This document shows, one piece after another, positions 27,236 to 32,000 of a stretch of 32,000 nucleotides of DNA; position 1 is the first letter of the stretch; every line of letters begins with the position of its first letter. Position numbers and translations under genes: made by a program. The notes under the pieces are model-generated. The model had not been told where the DNA came from, did not search any database, and was given only the letters and a program-made list of their open reading frames with translations. The stretch comes from Acaryochloris thomasi RCC1774 (GTDB lineage Bacteria > Cyanobacteriota > Cyanobacteriia > Thermosynechococcales > Thermosynechococcaceae), in contig NZ_PQWO01000008.1 of NCBI RefSeq assembly GCF_003231495.1, positions 180,001-212,000 on the forward strand, given 5' to 3'.

Positions 27236-27406
27236 TTCAGCAGCCTCAACCGCATGTACAGTCGCTTCTTCTTCTAAGTCTTCAATCGTCAAAGGATCAT
27301 AGGGATCGTCATCAATAATGACGCGGCGAACCCAATCTTGGAAAGCTTGCTGAAGATTAACAAAAAACGGAGATGAAGGGGCAGTAGATTTCATGGAAGA
27401 GAGCAT
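27227..27406 (-). CDS. possible 59-aa acidic protein (below the track cutoff)
   Basis: MLSSMKSTAPSSPFFVNLQQAFQDWVRRVIIDDDPYDPLTIEDLEEEATVHAVEAAELV. Composition is protein-like but there is no clear SD. The 3' end overlaps the pentapeptide gene by 9 nt (convergent). Confidence 0.3.
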   Translation of the reverse strand: MLSSMKSTAPSSPFFVNLQQAFQDWVRRVIIDDDPYDPLTIEDLEEEATVHAVEAAELV

Positions 27407-27479
27407 GTCAAGTACCTATTATCCAAGCCTTAGGGCCATTCGCTGACAGCCAGATCCCTTCCTGAGTGGGTTCAGGACT

Positions 27480-27644
27480 TCAGAAAAGATGACTGGCAAA
27501 GATCTTGGCGTGACGGTCAACATCTGTTCCCTGCACGAAATGACCAAGGCGAGATGGGGATTCTGCCATCATCATCATTGCCAGGAGCGTCAACACCATT
27601 GCATGACTGAAGATTAATGCCGGCTTGAAAGCTATCCCGTTCAT
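27480..27644 (-). CDS. possible 54-aa protein (mutually exclusive with the antisense ORF 27489..27617)
   Basis: ATG preceded by GAGGA at a 7-nt spacing. Translation is MNGIAFKPALIFSHAMVLTLLAMMMMAESPSRLGHFVQGTDVDRHAKIFASHLF, with a hydrophobic N-terminal segment. The MMMM run comes from a (CAT)4 run. Confidence 0.35.
   Translation of the reverse strand: MNGIAFKPALIFSHAMVLTLLAMMMMAESPSRLGHFVQGTDVDRHAKIFASHLF
27489..27617 (+). CDS. possible 42-aa Cys/His-rich peptide (antisense alternative to 27480..27644)
   Basis: MTGKDLGVTVNICSLHEMTKARWGFCHHHHCQERQHHCMTED, i.e. a C-HHHH-C-x5-HH-C cluster. No obvious SD. TATTAT (27418-27423) could serve as a -10 box. Confidence 0.2.
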   Translation: MTGKDLGVTVNICSLHEMTKARWGFCHHHHCQERQHHCMTED

Positions 27645-27726
27645 CAATCTATCCTCACTGACTTATTGTGCCCACTCAGTATCTTGCTTCGACATCAGAG
27701 ATACAGTGACGCTGCTCTCTGACTCT

Positions 27727-27742
27727 TGTGATGCCGGTCACG
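27727..27742. promoter_or_regulatory. CRP/FNR-family-type palindrome TGTGA-N6-TCACG
   Basis: Read directly: TGTGATGCCGGTCACG, 9 of 10 matches to the TGTGA-N6-TCACA consensus. It sits between the minus-strand small ORF (ATG 27644) and the plus-strand structured-RNA candidate (~27787). Confidence 0.3.
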
Positions 27743-27786
27743 CGGCTCATTTGCTAAGATACGAATCCATTTGCAAATATACACAT

Positions 27787-27966
27787 TGAAGTGATGAGAC
27801 TTAAGTCTTGGGAGTCTCCCCGTCGAGGGAGGCAGCGAAACAAAAAGTCTCGGCAGGCAAGTGCCCGCCTGAGACAGCTAAAAAAACAGCGCCAGAAGTT
27901 ACGTCAGCACCTTAAAGCCACAACGAAACAACAGCAGACCTCAGGAAAACCACCTGAGGTTTTTTA
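27787..27966 (+). ncRNA. candidate ~180-nt structured small RNA; 5' end not determined
   Basis: Consecutive hairpins: GAGACT/AGTCTC (27796-27818), with competing CTCCC/GGGAG (27816-27831). A GC-rich stem GTCTCGGCAGG/CCCGCCTGAGAC follows at 27847-27875. Next is an A/C-rich unpaired stretch, then a strong terminator. The only ORF here (27791..28015) reads through that terminator. Confidence 0.3.
27938..27966 (+). terminator. rho-independent terminator (plus-strand T-run; may also act bidirectionally for sdhA)
   Basis: ACCTCAGG (27938-27945), loop AAAACCA, CCTGAGGT (27953-27960), then TTTTTATT. It lies 15-40 nt downstream of the sdhA stop on the other strand, where it is followed by a T-rich CTGCTGTTGTTTCGTTG. 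Confidence 0.6.
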
Positions 27967-27980
27967 TTACCTATGCAGCT

Positions 27981-29708
27981 TCAATATTTGCGCTCTTGCG
28001 GTTCAAACATATTGAGATTGACCGGCATATACTGCAAATCAATTCCAGCCGCAGAGTAATAGGCTAGCGTATGTTTTAGAAACCGTTCATCATTGCGCTG
28101 TGGAAAATCTTCCCGAGAATGAGCACCTCGACTTTCTTGACGCTGCAGTGCGCCCGTCATAATCACCTCGCCCACAATCAACAGACTCTGCAGCTCCAAT
28201 GCTTCGATGATTTCAGTATTCCAGACCTTCTCATAGTCATCGAGCCGAATTTGGCTGCACCGCTGCTTTAAAGCCTGCAATTTTGCTAGCCCTTCGGAGA
28301 TAATTTCATCGGTTCGGAAGATGCTACAGTGCTCGGCCATACAGTCCTGAACCTGCTGGCGAACCTCGTTAATCCGCACTGTTCCTTGCTGGTCTAGAAG
28401 GGCTTGAATTCTGTCATGAGCCTGCTGCAGATAGCTCGATTCATCAATTTCCGGTAGCTTTTGGTTCTGCACGAATCGGGCGATGGTGGCTCCTGTTCGG
28501 CGTCCATAGACAACACATTCTAAAAGCGAATTGCTGCCTAATCGATTGGCACCATGCACCGAGACACAGGCGCATTCACCAGCCGCAAAAAAATTATCAA
28601 TAAACCCATCAGCGCTGCGGCGCACTTTGCCTTCTGTATCGACGGGGATGCCCCCCATTGAGTAATGAGCGGTGGGACGAACCGGAATCGGTTCAATCAC
28701 AGCATCAACGCCAGCGAGCCGGTGAGATTCTTCCCAAGCAAACGGAACGCGACTCATGATTTTTTCGCGCCCCATGTGCCGCAAATCTAAATACACAAAC
28801 GGTCCACCGGCACTGCCATCTGGATGGATGCCCCGACCGGCTCTAACTTCGGTGGTGATGGCGCGGGAGGTAATGTCGCGGGGGGCTAACTCCATTTGCT
28901 TGGGGGCATAGGTTTCCATAAATCTATGCCCTTCACTGTTGATTAAGTAAGCCCCTTCGCCTCTAACGGCTTCAGAGATGAGGACGCCTGCAGGATATAA
29001 CCCTGTGGGGTGAAACTGCACAAACTCCATATCTTCTAGGGGAATGCCAGCCATTGCCGCCATCGACAAGCCATCTCCGGTCGAAGCAAAATCATTAGAG
29101 GTTGTATTGAAGACGCGCCCGTAACCCCCAGTGGCGAACATCACTGCCTTAGCTCTCAGAACTTTGATCTCGCCATCGAGCAGATGGTACATGACAATAC
29201 CCTTGGCCTGATCGTCTTCCAGAATCAGATTGAGGACGTACCACTCGTCGTAGATCTGTACGCCGTGCTTAACGATATTGTTGTATAGCTCGTGAAGGAT
29301 GGCATGTCCGGTCTTGTCAGCGGCGTAGCAGGTGCGCTTATGGCTGTGACCGCCAAAGGCACGTTGGGCAATGCGACCATCTTCTAGGCGAGAGAACAAG
29401 ACACCGAGATGCTCTAGATCGATGACCACTTCAGGGGCTTCACGGGTGAGAACCTCGACAGCATCTTGATCGGCTAGGTAATCTGAGCCTTTAACCGTGT
29501 CGAAGGCATGGGCTTCCCAGCTATCTTGAATGTCAACATTCTTGAGCGTTGCGGCCATGCCTCCCTGAGCGGCGACGGAGTGTGACCGAATAGGATGGGT
29601 TTTGGCAACCATGGCAATGCTGATAGCCGAGTCGATGCGGGCAATTTCGAGGGCTGCTCGACAGCCTGCGAGTCCGCCGCCAACGATGACCACATCATGC
29701 TCAAACAT
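27981..29708 (-). CDS. sdhA: succinate dehydrogenase / fumarate reductase flavoprotein subunit
   Basis: 575 aa. FAD-binding N-terminus MFEHDVVIVGGGLAGCRAALEIA and ..THPIRSHSVAAQGGMAA.. Also ..FVQFHPTG.., ..RGEGAYLIN.., ..PTAHYSMGGI.. and a C-terminal ..ESRGAHSREDFP.. No sdhB or sdhC is adjacent. Confidence 0.9.
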   Translation of the reverse strand: MFEHDVVIVGGGLAGCRAALEIARIDSAISIAMVAKTHPIRSHSVAAQGGMAATLKNVDIQDSWEAHAFDTVKGSDYLADQDAVEVLTREAPEVVIDLEHLGVLFSRLEDGRIAQRAFGGHSHKRTCYAADKTGHAILHELYNNIVKHGVQIYDEWYVLNLILEDDQAKGIVMYHLLDGEIKVLRAKAVMFATGGYGRVFNTTSNDFASTGDGLSMAAMAGIPLEDMEFVQFHPTGLYPAGVLISEAVRGEGAYLINSEGHRFMETYAPKQMELAPRDITSRAITTEVRAGRGIHPDGSAGGPFVYLDLRHMGREKIMSRVPFAWEESHRLAGVDAVIEPIPVRPTAHYSMGGIPVDTEGKVRRSADGFIDNFFAAGECACVSVHGANRLGSNSLLECVVYGRRTGATIARFVQNQKLPEIDESSYLQQAHDRIQALLDQQGTVRINEVRQQVQDCMAEHCSIFRTDEIISEGLAKLQALKQRCSQIRLDDYEKVWNTEIIEALELQSLLIVGEVIMTGALQRQESRGAHSREDFPQRNDERFLKHTLAYYSAAGIDLQYMPVNLNMFEPQERKY

Positions 29709-29755
29709 AGAAATATCCTTTATCAGCTTGGGGGAATGAGATGCGAACGCAACTC

Positions 29756-29797
29756 GTATTCACCATTACCTTTCTCAGCAACGATCAGAGATAGCTT
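29756..29797 (+). promoter_or_regulatory. candidate NtcA-type activated promoter: GTA-N8-TAC, 22-nt spacer, TAN3T
   Basis: GTAttcaccatTAC at 29756-29769. Exactly 22 nt later comes TAGCTT (29792-29797), on the strand pointing toward gltB (ATG 30098). Confidence 0.3.
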
Positions 29798-30097
29798 AAT
29801 CCTAAAGGCTGCTCACGGGAGAACGGCACGTTGATCAAGTCGTCTTAAGCATTGAAGATCAAGTTCAGTATCAATCGCTGTGCACGGTATGGGCATCAGT
29901 CTTACAATCAAGAAATCAAGCAGGTCAGAGGGGAACTCGTTTTAGAAAGATCAGCTGTTTGAACCTGCGCTGAGACCTGCAGCGCTTCCCATGACTTCAT
30001 TGAAATACCTGGGCAATTTCTAGTACTCTGGGAATCCCTGGACTTCTTGGGTTAGATAGACCTCACTCAGTTCAGCTTCACCTACTGCGTCACTAAT

Positions 30098-32000
30098 ATG
30101 AATAGCTATTCTCGTCCTTCTCAGCAAGGCCTCTACGATCCACAGTTTGAGCATGATGCCTGCGGATTGGGCTTCGTTGTCCACCAAAAAGGGAAGAAGT
30201 CCCACGAGATTATTGAACAGGCGCTAACAATTCTGGTAAACCTTGACCATCGAGGGGCCTGTGGGTGCGAGACCAATACAGGTGATGGCGCAGGTCTGTT
30301 AATGCAGCTGCCTCACAAATTTTTCTCTAAAGAAGCAGCGCGTCTGGGGTTTGAACTCCCCGAACCTGGGCAGTACGGCGTAGGCATGATCTACGCGTCC
30401 CCCGATTCACAGCAGCGTGAAGCCGGTCGGCGAGAATTTGAAAAAATAGCGACGGCAGAAGGGCATAGGGTGCTGGGGTGGCGCGATGTCCCGACAGATA
30501 ACTCGTCTCTAGGGAATACGGCCAAGGCGAGTGAGCCGTTTATGGAGCAGGTCTTTATCCAGCGAGGTGCCGGTGTCGCTGACGATTTAGCCTTTGAGCG
30601 CAAGCTTTATGTGCTGCGGAAGCTCACTCACAATGCCATTAAGCTTTCTGGCATTGAGCCATATTGGTATGTCTCGACACTGTCTTGCCGCACCATTGTC
30701 TACAAAGGCATGTTGATGCCAATTCAAGTGGGCCAGTATTACCCCGATCTGCATGACCCAGAGATGGAAAGTGCGCTGGGGTTGGTTCATTCCCGCTTTA
30801 GCACCAACACCTTCCCGAGCTGGGACCGGGCGCATCCCTATCGCTACATTGCTCACAATGGTGAAATCAACACCATGCGCGGCAACATTAACTGGATGAA
30901 TGCCCGTCAGTCGATGTTCAAGTCAGAACTATTTGGCGAGGACATGGCAAAGGTACAGCCCGTTATCAATGTTGAGGGTAGTGACTCCACAATTTTTGAT
31001 AACACTTTAGAAATGCTGTTTTTAGCAGGGCGATCGCTTCCTCATTCTGTGATGATGATGATTCCCGAGCCGTGGACAGCCCACGAATCGATGAGCGCTC
31101 AGAAGAAGGCGTTTTATAAGTATCATTCTTGTCTAATGGAGCCTTGGGATGGGCCGGCTTCGATTTCTTTCACTGACGGCACGATGATCGGCGCGGTTTT
31201 GGACCGCAATGGTCTACGCCCTTCTCGCTATTACGTCACTAAAGATGACCTAGTGATTATGGCCTCTGAAGCCGGGGTGCTGCCCATTGAACCCGAGCGA
31301 GTGTTAAGCAAAGGTCGCCTCCAGCCCGGTCGGATGTTTGTCGTCGATATGGCCGAAGGTCGCATCATTGCAGACCAAGAGATTAAAGACAAAATCATCG
31401 CTGAGCATCCCTACGGAGACTGGCTTGATCAGCAGATGGTGGGCTTAAATCAGCTTCCGGTAGTGGCGGCTGCACCTGACTATGATGCTGAGACGGTTTT
31501 GCAGCGTCAGATGGCCTTTGGCTACACCTTTGAAGAACTACGGATGCTGATGGCTCCGATGGCGAATAACGGGGTGGAAGCGATTGGGGCGATGGGGACC
31601 GATACACCGCTGGCGGTGCTGTCGAATAAGCCCAAGCTGCTTTATAACTATTTTCAGCAGTTATTTGCTCAGGTAACGAACCCCCCGATTGACTCGATTC
31701 GAGAGGCGATTATTACCTCGGCTGAAACCACCATTGGTTCAGAGCGAAATTTGCTCCAGCCAGAACCAGAAAGCTGCAATTTAATTGAACTAAAGACGCC
31801 GATTCTGACCAATGATGACTTGGCAAAGCTAAAGGCATTGGACGGCGATCCATTTCAGTCTGTGACGCTGCCCATTCTGTTTGACCCTGATGCTGGGGTC
31901 AAGGGATTAGAGTCTGCAATGGATCAAGTTTGTCAGCAGGCTGATGAAGCTATTGCGGCTGGGGCAAGCTTGATTATTTTGAGCGATCGCAACCTCAACG
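30098..32000 (+). CDS. gltB: glutamate synthase large subunit (GltB type), N-terminal ~634 codons; continues past the window end
   Basis: [72 protein letters not shown].. (Ntn amidotransferase with Cys after a short propeptide). ..[16 protein letters not shown].. is in the same frame. In-frame stop at 30053 upstream and none downstream to 32000, so the ORF is absent from the track. Confidence 0.9.
   Translation, partial: MNSYSRPSQQGLYDPQFEHDACGLGFVVHQKGKKSHEIIEQALTILVNLDHRGACGCETNTGDGAGLLMQLPHKFFSKEAARLGFELPEPGQYGVGMIYASPDSQQREAGRREFEKIATAEGHRVLGWRDVPTDNSSLGNTAKASEPFMEQVFIQRGAGVADDLAFERKLYVLRKLTHNAIKLSGIEPYWYVSTLSCRTIVYKGMLMPIQVGQYYPDLHDPEMESALGLVHSRFSTNTFPSWDRAHPYRYIAHNGEINTMRGNINWMNARQSMFKSELFGEDMAKVQPVINVEGSDSTIFDNTLEMLFLAGRSLPHSVMMMIPEPWTAHESMSAQKKAFYKYHSCLMEPWDGPASISFTDGTMIGAVLDRNGLRPSRYYVTKDDLVIMASEAGVLPIEPERVLSKGRLQPGRMFVVDMAEGRIIADQEIKDKIIAEHPYGDWLDQQMVGLNQLPVVAAAPDYDAETVLQRQMAFGYTFEELRMLMAPMANNGVEAIGAMGTDTPLAVLSNKPKLLYNYFQQLFAQVTNPPIDSIREAIITSAETTIGSERNLLQPEPESCNLIELKTPILTNDDLAKLKALDGDPFQSVTLPILFDPDAGVKGLESAMDQVCQQADEAIAAGASLIILSDRNLN

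Noticed and set aside
27791-28015. 74-aa highly basic ORF as a bona fide CDS
   Set aside because: It reads through a strong intrinsic terminator and into the convergent sdhA gene, and its sequence coincides with stable RNA hairpins. It is retained only as an alternative in the sRNA finding.
1602-31607. Numerous antisense or off-frame track ORFs inside long genes
   Set aside because: These include 1602..1799, 2196..2420, 2831..3240, 6569..7729, 9137..10146, 13098..13780, 14599..15435, 15933..16192, 18046..18357, 19101..20060, 21456..22318, 25239..26079, 26651..26899, 29474..29834 and 30020..31607. They are shadow ORFs expected in moderately GC-rich coding DNA. Each lies within a gene that has strong family-level evidence, and their products are Arg/Ser/Pro/Cys-rich nonsense.
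1-32000. Search by eye for CRISPR arrays, IS elements or transposases, integrases, toxin-antitoxin pairs, restriction-modification or other defence genes
   Set aside because: None found. All ORFs of 100 aa or more are accounted for by housekeeping or conserved-hypothetical families, and no long direct or inverted repeats flank any segment.

Overview
This window reads as ordinary cyanobacterial core chromosome, not an accessory island. Three things support the cyanobacterial origin. The HIP1 octamer GCGATCGC occurs at least 15 times. The lineage-typical genes petL and ycf34 are present, along with a PRK-family kinase and an Rps1b-like S1 protein. Many translated ORFs also match well-known cyanobacterial proteins. 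I support about 26 protein-coding genes and one tRNA-Gly(UCC).

The protein-coding genes are:
- a 5' partial 1-Cys peroxiredoxin;
- a DppA/DppB-type ABC binding protein plus one permease;
- a GNAT acetyltransferase and a PRK-like kinase in an operon;
- a DUF937-like protein;
- gatB;
- petL, which falls below the ORF-track size cutoff;
- a 7TM-PAS-GGDEF-EAL protein;
- an alpha/beta hydrolase;
- ycf34;
- a dihydroorotase-like protein;
- a tandem histidine phosphatase;
- a CPBP protease;
- a small Cys-rich protein resembling the Mo-nitrogenase C-terminal domain;
- an SDR oxidoreductase;
- an M48 protease;
- an RDD membrane protein;
- an S1-domain protein;
- oligopeptidase A;
- a pentapeptide-repeat protein;
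- sdhA;
- a 3' truncated gltB.

I found no CRISPR array, transposase, integrase, phage genes or recognisable defence genes, and I cannot point to a convincing novel multi-gene system. The least-explained sequence is the 0.75 kb spacer at 27.2-28.0 kb. It holds sub-threshold small ORFs, including an antisense pair around a (CAT)4 run, a CRP-type palindrome, and a highly structured terminator-capped candidate sRNA. A second poorly explained stretch is the 0.55 kb coding-poor region after tRNA-Gly. All family calls come from motif and pattern recognition by eye; no database search was run.
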